A stretch of 64,000 nt of DNA, taken from the NCBI RefSeq assembly GCF_964355755.1, contig NC_092671.1, positions 20,088,001-20,152,000 of the forward strand, given 5' to 3'. Origin of the DNA: Antedon mediterranea (lineage: Eukaryota > Animalia > Echinodermata). A program made the position numbers and the translations under genes. The notes beneath the pieces were generated by a model. It was not told the DNA's origin, made no database searches, and saw nothing but the letters and a program-made list of their open reading frames with translations. This document shows, in pieces, positions 52,177 to 64,000 of this stretch. Numbering within the stretch: the stretch's first letter is position 1; each line of letters starts with the position of its first letter.

Positions 52177-53508
52177 TGTCAGGACGCACACACCAGAAGT
52201 AATGACGATACAATAAGATTGGTTGCAATTTGGTATTCTTTATTTATGAATATCGGTACTCAAGATGAAGAACACAACATCAGCAAATGAAAAAAAAAAG
52301 AAAAACCTCTAAAAAACAATCAGAGAAATTCTGTAACAACATGTATTAAAGTTAACAATACATTATCTGTCTCGACTATATCAATATCTACTCTAAACAA
52401 ACAATAAGTTCTTAACATTTCTTTATCTATATAACATTAAGAATATTTCTGATAAAATAACATCATAAACTTGGCCTAAATCAGTAGCATTGTACCCATA
52501 ATAATACATGTTCTTATCAACAATCTAGCACTTGACCATTCAGACTTACCCAACTTGAGATAAACTATCCTCCAATTTTGTTGTAAAATCTCACTTGTTG
52601 TGCAAAAAACTAAAAATAATGATGAATAGTTTAAACAATCAACCTAATTATTTATTACTGTCTTATACAATTAACTTATAACTAAAAACTCTAAAATATT
52701 TATTTAAAATCTGACGCTCGATCAACATGGGCGCAGCCATCTTGAATCTTTGTTTACAACTATAGCGCCACCAATCATAAATAAATCTTAATCAACATGA
52801 CGCCCTCATCGGTTAAAAACTAGTTTACAAAATCTACCATTTATCGTTAAAACTCATGTTCTGTGAACATAATCCTCACAACATAATAAATCCTCATAAA
52901 CCAATAAATATACTCTTCTCTAAATAATATAATTACTTATAGGTCAATTACTGACACGCAACAATATCTCTGACTGATCGGACAGCGAGGTACACTAGCT
53001 GCTTTTGTTGGCACAAAGTGAACAGTTCCAACATAACTAGGCTGTGAATAACGTTCATTCGAGCCTAGCCTAAAGTTACTTATATAATCCAAACTACTTT
53101 TATCATCTACTGTAACCAACGTACCTTAGAACAAAATACAGTAATATAAATCTAAAATTTGAAGTTTAACCGGTTTAAATTAATATGAAGCATAAAGATA
53201 AATAACGGATGTTATTAATGTCAATCTCAGTTATCAGCGCTCCAAAAACATGTGTTCTCTCGCAGTCGCGGGAACAGCCCTATTACACCGAACCATCATA
53301 AAAAATTATTACTCCTATAATTGTTTCTTAATTCTCACTATTACATTCAAAGTTTGAAATGTAAGATAAAACAAAATTGTATAAATGTATAAATCGTAAT
53401 TGAAACAACCAAATTCTAAAATTTAACATTGTCATACAACACTTAATTTGAGGAACTATATTATTACTCTGTTCTATACTTTAGCTTGAATGAATTCAGT
53501 CTACGACA
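52177..53508 (-). mobile_element. Probable solo LTR inserted in the Gypsy element
   Basis: TGTC...GACA termini, AATAAA on the - strand near 52245, non-coding block that interrupts Gypsy coding sequence; no TSD found. Confidence 0.45.
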
Positions 53509-53643
53509 AAAAATCTGTGACTTCATCTGTTGGTTTTCTGACTATAGCTTTAATGCTTTTGTTGGTACCACCAGCAATAAGCTCACTACCAGCTGACCTT
53601 ATCTTGGTTATCAGCATTACGATATATAGCTGCACAATGTGTA

Positions 53644-53977
53644 TTAATTTATTTTATTTTATTCAATCGAAACCAACAGCGATATAATTACCGCCACTAA
53701 CAGGTTTGATACAAACAAAGCCAGGACTGTTTAAAGCACATTGATCAAGGGCTTCTCTCGTCCAGTGCCCACCTTGGGGGTCTGAGGCAGATACTAGATG
53801 CAGTGGCTGCTATAAGAGTCAGCAGTGCTGATTTCAAATGCCTAATGGGACCCCAGCTCCGTATACAGCACCCGCTATTCCCAGATGGTCTCCCATCTAA
53901 GCTCTAACCAGGCCCAATGTTGCTTAACTTCGGTGATCTGATGAAAACCAGTGTTTCAACGTGGTAAAGCCGTATTG
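53644..53977 (-). mobile_element. 5S rRNA-derived SINE (SINE3-type)
   Basis: 53861-53977 is a near full-length 5S sequence (GATCACCGAAGTTAAGCAAC, GGTTAG.GCTT.GATGGGAGACC, TGGGAATA.CGGGTGCTGTA) followed by a ~210-bp body and an AATAAAATAAAATAAA tail. Confidence 0.85.
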
Positions 53978-55372
53978 AAGAGTCATCTCAGGTATTGGGA
54001 ACCATCCCCTTTCTTACATTCCTGGCAGAGTTGATTGAACAATCCTGTGTTGGTACCAATAATTGCTTCATGTGAATTTTCAGTGTCTGGAACGACTAAT
54101 ACTAGAACTTCCAAATTCTTATTGGTGCCAGCAAAAGTTTGAGGGGAAAGCAATTCTAACCTTGATCCATCTGGGGTATGGTATTTTGCCACCACCACCA
54201 TGCCATAAGACTAAATCTGAAAAAGGATGCCCCCCCTTCAAATGTCCATTGGAGTTTCCCTGGTTGTACAGATGGCTAATTAATTTCTCGTTAACTAACG
54301 TGGCATTTGTAGTAGAATTTTGGGAAGTCAGATGGTTGTCGTCGTCCCCTACCTTGCCATTGGTTCATTTGTTGTTGTGGTTTTGGTTCTGGTTGCGATT
54401 GTTGACTTTGTTGCTGGGTATGAGCATTGCCTAGAATCGACTGTTTTAACATCTTCTCAATTCTGCTCATTCGCTCAATCAAATCATTATTTTGGACAGA
54501 ATGAGATGCAGCCACTGCGTTGCGGCTTTGCCCTTTAGCCTTCATCTGCCTACTTGATGTTTCTTCCTCCGCCTACTTGATGTTTCTTCCTCCCACCGTC
54601 TCACTTTTCTTAGTAGGGTAAGGTATGTTGGGGGTCCTTCTTGTAATTCTCTTAAACGCAAATCAACGAGCAGCAATTGTTCAAAGATGTTACCCCTTAT
54701 GAACTGTTCCAGTATTCATCTTGCCTTCTGAAATACCTCCCTTTTGCAGGACATGTCGTAAGGAATCCTGCAGCCGTGTATGGTAATGTGATAATAATAA
54801 TAGTAATGGTACTTGATATAGTGCATTATGCTGAAAGCCTCAATGCGCTTTACATAGACAGAAAAATTTAGAAAATTAAAAATTCAAAAGGTGGGTTTTG
54901 AGGAGAGATTCGAAGACACAGATGTCAATAAGCAACGCATTCCAATGAGAAACGGATGCAGAAGAAAAAGAACGATTTCTATAAAACTTAGAGGAAGGAT
55001 GAAATAAATGGGAAAGAGACTTGGATCCTGATCTCAGAGACCGCTTAGGAACATAAGGTTGAATAAGTTCAGAAATGAACTTGGATATAGAATTATGAAG
55101 AGCTTTGAAAACAAATAGCAGGATCTTGAAGGTAATTCTTTGTGTTACCGGAAGCCAATGAAGTTGTCTGAGCACAGGTGTGATATGTTGCCTTATGGGT
55201 CTTTTAACGACCAATCGGCAGCTGTGTTCTGGACTATATAGTAATGAATTACAACAGTCTAGCCTTGATGCAACAAAGGCGTGAACAAGAATATCAGTTG
55301 ATCTTGAATCCAGGTACTTCCGAATGCTTCCAATTTTACGAATAGCGTTGAGCCCAGATTAGCAGATGTTAT

Positions 55373-56420
55373 TCATTTTTTCATTCATTCAATCTTTTAT
55401 TTTGGAAACTCTGGTCCATAGAAAGTAAATTACATATAAATGAAATAAATTAAATAAACAAAATTACTACTACCATCTCAGGATGGCATTCCATCTGGAG
55501 AGCATTTTCGACTTAACTAGGACATTGCTTATAATCGTTGAGATTAAAATATTTTTGCTTGCATTAAGTCTACACATCAGGCCATATATTGATATTCTTA
55601 ACAATTCATAAAAAGAGGCAATTCTACATTACGTAAACATGAGGCTGGCACTGCAATGTCGAGGCCTTTGCAACAACATTCTTAAACCATTATTGTAGCA
55701 TACCTGGAGAGATCGCAAGGTACCTTGATTATAGTTGCACCATAATGTAGCACAATACATATTTACACAATATGTTCTAAATAAAACATATTTCACATTG
55801 ATAGAACACATACTAAATTTTCTGACCAAGGAGTTGGCTCGGACACACAAAGATCTGTATTGCCGCTTTATATCAAACTCATCACATGACCAAGATATGT
55901 GGTTGAGTCAACATATTCTAAGCTTTTGCCATTAATGGTAATAATAGGTTTCAATTGAATCCTCCGTGACTTAGGACAGATTATCATACAAGATGATTTC
56001 TTAGCATTGTACACAATGTACACATTTTTGGCCGCAAAGCATTCAGAAATTTTAATTAGATGTTGCAACCCTGATGCAGAAGGTGATATAAGCACCATGT
56101 CATCTGCATACAATAGGTTGTTAAATTTAATATTATTTAACTCACACCCTTCTTTGCTGTTGCTAAGCTTAATGATAAGATCATTTATATACATATTATA
56201 CAGATGGGGAGACATCACTCTAACACCATTTGATACATGAAAGGGCTCCGAAAAGGATTTGCCCCATTTCACAATAAAACACTGAATATTATACCAAGCT
56301 TTCAGTACTCTAACAATTGGACATGGAGTATCATTAATAATTAATTTCTTAAAAAGTGTCCAATGGTTCACCCTATCAAAGGCTTTAGAAGCATCGAGGT
56401 AGCATACAGGTATGGTACAG
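55373..56420 (-). mobile_element. RTE-X-like LINE 3' fragment inside L2
   Basis: 5-bp TSD GTTAT; (TGAA)n tail; LDASKAFDRVNH, LYADD, NSLVRKFSMCS..K..LFRTYC. Confidence 0.8.
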
Positions 56421-57145
56421 GTTATGTACCTGATTGGACATACTAAGCGTTGAATCCATGACCACTCCAAGGTTTCTACAGGATGACGAAGGTTGAATGA
56501 AAGAATTACCAATCTTAACAGATGCAGTCCACAGGCAGGCTTAAAACGGGAAAAATGAAAATTCAGTTTTAGCATCATTCATAACCAGTTTGTTAGATTG
56601 ACACCATGCTCGGACTTCGGCAATACAGGATTCAAGTTTACTGACAGCAGAATCATGCTGATGAGGGTTGACAATGACATAAAGCTGAGTGTCAACAGCA
56701 TACGCCATACACTTCACATTGTGAGATTCAATGAGGTCAATTAAAATAAACAGAAGAGGACCAACCACAGACCCTTGTGGAACACCTATTGTAAGCAGAG
56801 TCGGGTTCGACAAAACATCCTTGATGACAATTTACTGGGGCCTATCATTTGGATATGATGCAAACCAATTATGACTGATCCCAGAGACGTGATGATAGAC
56901 GATTTAATAACTGCTTATGGTTGATGATATCAAAAGCAGCACTGAAATCCAAAAGGACCATAAGAACCTCATTATAGTTATCAAGTGCAATGCTAATATC
57001 ATTATGCACAAGAAGTGCAGATTCTACACTATGGTTTGTACGATAGGCGGATTGTCTAGTGGCAAATAAGCCATTGCTATTCAGATATGATTGCAGCTGA
57101 CTGAACACAACCCTTTCAATAATTTTTCCAAGAAATGAAAGATTT

Positions 57146-58117
57146 CACACCTTCTGTTTTGTTGTACTTTTCTGGTGTTGTCTTTTGAATTTGATGTACC
57201 GTATATTTCGGTGTATAAGTCGCACTTTTGACACGCAAATTTGACCTCTAAATTAAGGGTGCGTCTTATACACCGAACATAAATGCCTCACCACACAGAT
57301 TGTACATAGGCCTAGGCTATGATATCGTCACCTCGTTTTCTAGGCCTGAGTTGAGTAGGCTAGGCCTAGCTACAGTAACTAACTAACGTAACGGCAACCT
57401 GCTTCTGCCTAGTTTTCAAGTCATTTTAGCATGATGTTATACTAAATATGATGAAAAGATTTGTTCATTATGGCGCTCCGATAAAATATCATTTGTAAAC
57501 GTTTACGTCGTACGATTGGAATAGTATTTATTTATACAGTAGTTATACGCACGATCGCCGTACCCCAAGCGCAAGCCCTTCTTTTGGTGGCACATGGTGT
57601 ACGGTATTCGACTAGTATATTCTCCAGGTGATTACAGCATGGACCTAGCGTACACACTTCTGGGATACATAGATACTAATCGAATACGATTGTCCGTGAA
57701 AACGTGCGCCCTCTCGAAATGATCGAGCGAGGCTAGCCCACACACGTGCGTGTTACACACACGGTCATGCACTCGATGTTGCGGCGAAACTCATGAATAA
57801 CAAGTTAGAAAGAACTTGTTGAGGCTGGGCGCGGCCGAGCCTAGGTAAGAAAAAACCTAAATAAAGGACGCCGTTGTAGATATAACAACATATATTATTA
57901 CAATAATATTGATTACAATTTAAAAAAACATTGTTTTGATGAAATATAAGGTGCGTCTTATACATCGACGATATAAAAAATACAGATATTTTACTCTCAG
58001 TTGGGGGTGCGTCTTATACACAGGTGCGACTTATACACCGAAATATACGGTACTGTTTATCGTCTTTTTTATAATGTATTTATGTATGAACCAAATAAAT
58101 TCAATCAATCAATCAGT
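57146..58117 (+). mobile_element. Short LINE/SINE 3' tail insertion in L2, itself split by a MITE
   Basis: AATAAA(TTCA)(ATCA)n tail at 58095-58117; it interrupts the L2 YR(P)ISNLSF motif. Confidence 0.55.
57199..58050. mobile_element. Tc1/mariner-pogo type MITE
   Basis: Perfect 27-bp TIR CCGTATATTTCGGTGTATAAGTCGCAC, TA TSD. Confidence 0.92.
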
Positions 58118-59118
58118 CTGTAACTTGCAAATTCCTCAGTATCCAGAGATGGCTTCTTTAACAATGGTGTTATGCTGAGTGAAGATGGAAAGATACCTAA
58201 GCTCAGTGAGGTGTTGACAACTTTGGTAAAGAAGGAAAGAAGGGTAGGAAGACAATTCTTAAATAATTTAAGAGGAAGCGGATCCAGGGAGGCTGACCTA
58301 ATGACATTAAGTAAATCATCAGCAGGGTCAAAGGTATTGAAATTACTTTTACATGATTGAGATTCAACAGTATGAGGGGAGGTTGACGAAAAAGTGCTGC
58401 AATATATCTCTTAATCTTGTTCTTAAAAAAGTCAGAGAATAGATTTGCAAGAGAATAGCATCATCATGAGCGGGAAGAGGACTAGAGATGGCAGTAACTT
58501 GTCAGCAACACGGAATAACTTGCGTTGATCACATCCTAATACCTCATCTTTGTGATACTTCGTCTTGGCCTTGAAAAGATGTTCATTGTAGTTAGTGCAC
58601 TAATTATGGTACAGTTGTTTGTCTACCATAAGACCAGATTTCAGCCACTTGCGCTCCAGACGTCGACGCTCCTGCTTCATTGAATGATGTTAACCTGTAT
58701 ACCAGGGTGCATGTGGGCGAAGCACAAGACTGCCATGCACAAGTGGAGAATGAGAATCCAATATTTTCCATGACACATTATATCCCTTCACCATAGAATC
58801 AATGTCAGAAGCCAGGGAATATTGGGAGAGAGAATCACGAACATCTGACCGGAATTTGACGATGTCTATGTTTTTGACATTTCGTGAAAGTACTTGTGTT
58901 CTGCTGGGCCCAGGACGATTGATGTCAACCTGACACTTTATGGCACGGTGGTCCAAAGACATACTATGTTGGATGGATTTTTTTCTAAGCAGGTCAGATT
59001 CTTTGCGGGAGATAAGTAAATCTAATGTATGGTTGGCGATGTGAGTTGGGTCGTGGATGTGCTGATATAAACCAAATGTCTCAAGAGTGTTTAGAAACAA
59101 TGCAGCATCCCTGTTGTC

Positions 59119-59900
59119 GAATGCGTCTTGTCGTTCTGCCCAGCACAGGTCCAGTAACGGCTTGCGTTTCAAGTTAGAGCATATTATTTCTTAAAGATGA
59201 GCCTAAGTGCCGCTGTTTCGGGGGACTATGTTTAAAGTACAGACATACAGCTTTATTTTATCTAGCATTTTGCGAACATCGGTGTTGGAACATGCATGTC
59301 CTATAACCAAATTCAGGCATTGACCAGCAATGCATATTGCTTTTGGAGCATCATCTCGAAACTGTTTCTGTACACCAATATACTTGCTGGACATCGCTGC
59401 TGTACACCAGCAAGCCCTGGCCACGCATGTTAATGATTTCAATTCCTAGGTCAGCTAGAATACACTTGATGTCATCTGCAATTTGCTGGCCAGTTGCCTG
59501 ACTTAATCCTAAAAATCTGACAAACTCTTCCTGGATATCATTAGACTCATCAACTTACCTAATGTATAAGGATAATTTTTCTTAATTATGTGACGCTGTT
59601 TTGTCCGCCAGCACACTGTAAAATTGAGCAGAGTTTATTTCATTAACTATAGCTGTTTTAGAATAATGTCATCGCTTATTACATTGATGACTTCATTTTA
59701 GATCTTTGGAGATATGTACGTTTTTTATAATTGGTGAATCTAAGACATTTTAAATTTGTGCCATTATGGGCCAACAATTTAAGGAGCGTCAGGAAGTTAC
59801 CCGGGTTGCCGTCCGTATTCAAGTTTTCCTTGTCGCCACTCAAGGCGATGCATTGTCGGCTACACCAAAGCAGTGTGTTGATTTCGTGCGATGTTCTCTT
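59119..59900 (-). pseudogene. hAT transposase remnant (ZMYM1/THAP12-like)
   Basis: NPGNFLTLLKLL, YISPKI.NEVI, FYSVLAD, IQEEFV, MRGQG, AAMSSKYIGVQ, LNLVI. Confidence 0.85.
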
Positions 59901-59960
59901 TAAATCTGGAGTCGATGATTGCAGGGATGGTTGCTTCTGGACTTTTCCTTGAGTGATACA

Positions 59961-60074
59961 TGGCCGCTAGGAAGAATAGTGAAAACATTTCCAAACAAAG
60001 ATCGGTTTGTGCAAAGAGTTAAAATTAAAACTCAAACAAATACCACTGTTCTTCCCCTGTTGGATGAAGATTAG
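59961..60074 (+). mobile_element. BEL/Pao pol C-terminal fragment
   Basis: WPLGRIVKTFPNKDRFVQRVKIKT is the typical BEL C-terminal motif. Confidence 0.75.
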
Positions 60075-60183
60075 ATTATACTGAACTTATAACATATTAT
60101 ATTAAACAGCATAATTATACTGTAAAACTGTATGTTACAATTTAAAAAAACTTTTGGAACTTTAATTGATTAAAAAAGAATGT

Positions 60184-61620
60184 CTATGATATAATAGTTA
60201 AAGAAATGATATATTTAAGCATGTAAACTTCATCACTTGGTAGTTCATTACTGTAGTAGCTTTTGCCAGACAATACGCCATACATTAAACCAGATGACAT
60301 TAGTCCAGATTCAAGCAAAATATCTGACAGTCCTGTACCTTCCATCTTTTTGCCAATCATCTTAAGATAGGCACCAACTAGATGAAATGTCCCAATTATC
60401 ACTATATGATTCTTATACTTTTCCGAGTTGTTCCATATTAGTTGATATACCTTGCATACATTCAAGTCGAAAATGTCATACCTTTGTCCTACGTCATTGG
60501 TTGCCTGCTCAGAATACCTTAAGCACTCTTGTACTGTACCATAATCTGTAATTGGTTGAGGTATGATTGGGTAATAGTCTATGGTTGTGAGGTTAGATGA
60601 GACATCTCCAGTTAGTGATATGTAACCTGCCCAACCTGGTATCTCCTGTTCTGTCCTACTACTGTACATACAAATAAAAACCCAAATGGAATAATCAGTT
60701 TTTAGGCATGTTAAAGTGACTGCCATCTTGATATGTTTCTAAACATTTCTGGAAGCCGACACATAAATAATTGCCCATAACTCCTAATATGCATGTACTG
60801 AAAAGTATCATTTTTAATGTTATGACATGCCTCAGTTGAGCTATAGTACATGTACATAGTAGTAGTATTGATTGTTTCAATACCTTTGCTTCAAAATGTG
60901 AACTGAGCCTGATCCAATAAGATCATTTACGTATTCATCAAATTCTTAGTGAAATGTTGACAAACAGGATGGATTGCAAATAATCTGAACAAACAAAAGA
61001 CTAGCTGTTTGCTGAATAGCTATTGCGGGCTCAAGCTCCAGAACAAAGCTATAGTTTTCTGAAAAGGTGCCTTAATGTAATACCAACAAAAATGTGCTTA
61101 GGTAGCTTCCACTTACCATTGGTAGCAGCTCTGCTAGATGATTTTATTTGACAGATGCAACTTTAAAAATGTTGTCATCTGGAACAACATCTAATTGGCT
61201 ATCAAGACATGCTGTTGGTGGCCATGGCAAATTGAATGCATCCAATAAAGTATTCCTTAGCAAGAAGGCAACTTCATTTAGTTTTTCTGTTGAACCTAGA
61301 TAAAATGCACTTTTAACAGCCTTGTATACTGTTCACATTGTTTTAATTTAATTTTTTAGTTTTTGCTTCTATAATTCTATATGCTGATTTCTGAAGTGCG
61401 GAAACATACACATCTTTCAAGTCTGTTAACTTTATGACCAAATGAAAATGTGTGGGCATCTTCAAGAGTTAATTGTTTTTTTTTATTTTCTTGATTTGTA
61501 CTTTTTTTCTGGATTTTGCAGATATTGTGTTAGGCAACTTTGTGATATCTGGCCTCACATGCAAATATTGCCGGTTTTAAACATCCAAGATTAGAGGTTA
61601 ACTGTTGGTAAAAGTCTCTA
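60184..61620 (-). pseudogene. Second AcademX-like transposase remnant
   Basis: FACEARYHK, LPWPPTA, KWKLPKHIFVGITLRHL, PGWAGYISL, IDYYPII, IFDLNVC, IIGTFHL, LSDILLESGL. Confidence 0.75.
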
Positions 61621-64000
61621 TGTAGCCATGAATTTCTACATAAGCAGCTATGTTATTTTCTGATTTTAACATTCGGTTAACAGAACCAAATGGCTTTTAT
61701 GACAAATATTTATAGCTATATACATGTACCTTAAAATAGTTAGGTATATAAATTCTGATTCTTAGTAACTAATCATTTTAGCCAATTTTTAAACAATAAT
61801 GTTGCATATTTAAACAATATATTGACATGTTGGTAGATACCAGAATTTTTCCATTTTCAAAAAAGATTTGACTTAAGTATATATCAAGATGGGATATTGC
61901 ATTTATGTGTTTAGATGCCATTAAGAAAAGCTTTGTCTTCATTAAGTTTTAGTTTGTTTGCAACCATCTACGAGCGTATTTCAGAAAATACATTCAGTTA
62001 GTTTATATCTAGCAGCAGATACATCCTCCTCTGACTTTGGATCGAAAGTTACATAAAGCTGTGCATCATCAACATATGTGATATGCTATACCTGATACCG
62101 TCTAATGATATCTGCTACAGGTTAAGCACAGAAAGTAAAGATCGATGGCCCTACTATAATAACTATCAAACCAACAAGAATACAGTTGATCACTTTTTTT
62201 TTTTAGTTTTATATTGCCACAGTACTCGCACAAGCAACTTACATATTTTTCTTATGCTAATAAATCAACATGTCTTTTTACTGTGCTATCAGTTTTAAAT
62301 TTTATATAAAAGATTGATATTAAAGTCACCAGTTTATAAATATGAAACTTTTCCATTATCACATGTTTTTCATAATAATTGTTAATTCTGTTATGAAGGT
62401 AATCGCATTGATTGCGCCAGGCTTATATAAGGCTAAATATTGCAGGGTCAGGTTTGGAAAGGATGTGGTTTTGCTTCAATGAAAATCGATTCAGTCTAAC
62501 AGACTGGATAGATCATCGCAACCCTTCCATTGATCTTCCGATTCTATCTTTATGGAGTAAAGTATAATTTGGTGAGAGATTATGTGAGTCAAGCACTATT
62601 TTTTTTATTTACATTTTGTTCACATCTATACTAGGCTTTCTAGTGATTTTCATTTCTATTTTGTTCACAAATTCTATTTTTACTTGCATGAACCCACCAA
62701 TCTCATCTGCTTGTTTAGCATTAACCATGTCCTCAAGAGTTCTCCTGAACCCTGTGGAAGGATACAAGGGTATTTGTATTCCTTATTGCAGAAGATTGGA
62801 CTCTTTGAACCTCCCTACCATGACGATGACAACATGATCATGCTTCTCCTTTGTTTTTAGCCTCTTCAAACTCGCTATGAATGCCAGAAAAGTGGTTTGT
62901 GTGTACCCAACACGCATGACAGATGGGTTTCGGAAGCATCCTTTGTTTAAACCTTTTGATAACTTGGCCAGACTTATGAGTGTAAATTCTATTCCTGACC
63001 ACTCATGGTCTGAAGATAAGTGTATTGCATGGTTGCAATACACTGTAAAATTTGATTATGTTATTTTTAAACACCAGATTATCCTGTCGTTGCATCAACT
63101 GAACATACATCCTTGTTCCCTTTTTACAGGATAAACACAAGGTGATAGACAGAGATAGATTAACAAGATTGTGATTAAACATAGCCTTTTTCTTGTACAG
63201 TCCTTTATATGAATTACTTCTAAAACAAACTTTGTAATTGCTGCAGATGTAAGGAAATTGAACTGAATTGCATATACGCATCAGGATGTGCTCAGCAGTA
63301 TTGCTGCCTGAATAAACTAGCCATAGCCATCCGCCATTATTATTTGCTCCAATGATCACTCCTATTAGATCGTGACAATTTAGATTGGAGAATTTATATG
63401 AGTTGTCTTCAAAGTGTGAAAGTCTAATATGATGACAGCAGGAGATTGACTTCTGCATAGGCACTCCATTAGAGTAGTAAATATAGTGCTGTATTTATTT
63501 GGGTCAAACTAAATTAAGATTTCCTCAGCCTGGTATATTGACTTCAATAATGACTTTGAATGCATCAAATTTATGCATCAATAATTCGTCCAAAGAAACA
63601 GCAAAACCATGAATAATCTATAGTTCTTTGGGATGCAAGATTCTCTTCAAAGATGTTATCAGATACTGGTAATGTGTTCAAGGTCAATCACTGTATTTTT
63701 TTTTAATTGTAAAAAAGCAATAAATGCACAAAGGTTCACATCTTTTGTATTGATTTTGTTTGATATAGCAGATGCATTTATATTAAATTAAATGGAATAT
63801 GATATTATATATATCTTCATTAGTTTTCATAATAGCATATGCTTACATAAATATTTACTGCTGTTTCCCATTCGTTTAATATAAAGTAAAGTATTTCCCG
63901 TGCAATCAAAATGTAATTTATTTTGGCAAAATATAGGCAATCATCATTCCAATAAAAAAGAACCATATTATAGGCTTGTGGGTATAACTGAATTTGATGT

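Larger units (their letters stand above)
48360..54790 (-). mobile_element. Ty3/Gypsy LTR retrotransposon internal region, degraded
   Basis: PNMA-like gag (54300-54790), protease region, RT VRKKNGSLRMCVDYRKLN / IDLKSGFYQI, integrase zinc finger and PMELVCMDFL...VVTDHF, GPY/F LQPGDQVLVRNLG. LTRs not identified. Confidence 0.9.
54791..59118 (-). mobile_element. L2-clade LINE, degraded, with nested insertions
   Basis: (ATT)n tail and TGTAAAGCGC..GAG 3' motif; HITPVLRQLHWLPV, VPQGSVVGPLLF, QSAYR, PTHIANHTLDLLI, PHAPWY. Confidence 0.88.

Noticed and set aside
53861-53977. Functional 5S rRNA gene
   Set aside because: Many substitutions, broken terminal stem, no T-run terminator, and it continues into a SINE-like body inside a Gypsy element.
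55868-56578. 236-aa ORF as a single gene
   Set aside because: Chance fusion of out-of-frame L2 sequence with the RTE-X fragment at 56420.
58690-59172. 160-aa ORF as a novel fusion protein
   Set aside because: Junction of a decayed hAT piece (KPLLDLCWAERQDAF) with a truncated L2 endonuclease; both parents are pseudogenised.

Overview
AT-rich eukaryotic (metazoan, probably marine invertebrate) genomic DNA. It contains one recognisable host gene, a three-coding-exon FMC1 (C7orf55-like) orthologue on the + strand at 5593-8417, which the ORF track misses. About 55 kb of densely nested transposable elements follow it: two AcademX-like transposase remnants, a CR1-group LINE with an intact 988-aa ORF2, a nested foldback (Academ-type MITE holding a Sola2), a MULE, Sola3-like, pogo, Helentron-type (HINE) elements, Rex1/Babar, Gypsy, a 5S-derived SINE, L2, RTE-X, hAT, a BEL fragment, solo LTRs and MITEs. 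A spliced protein-kinase pseudogene is split by the pogo insertion. The main emergent signal is that almost every orientable element, including the DNA transposons, lies on the - strand, antisense to and downstream of FMC1. This is the architecture of a flamenco-like uni-strand piRNA cluster (inference; needs small-RNA data). TE family names come from motif recognition by eye, not database searches.
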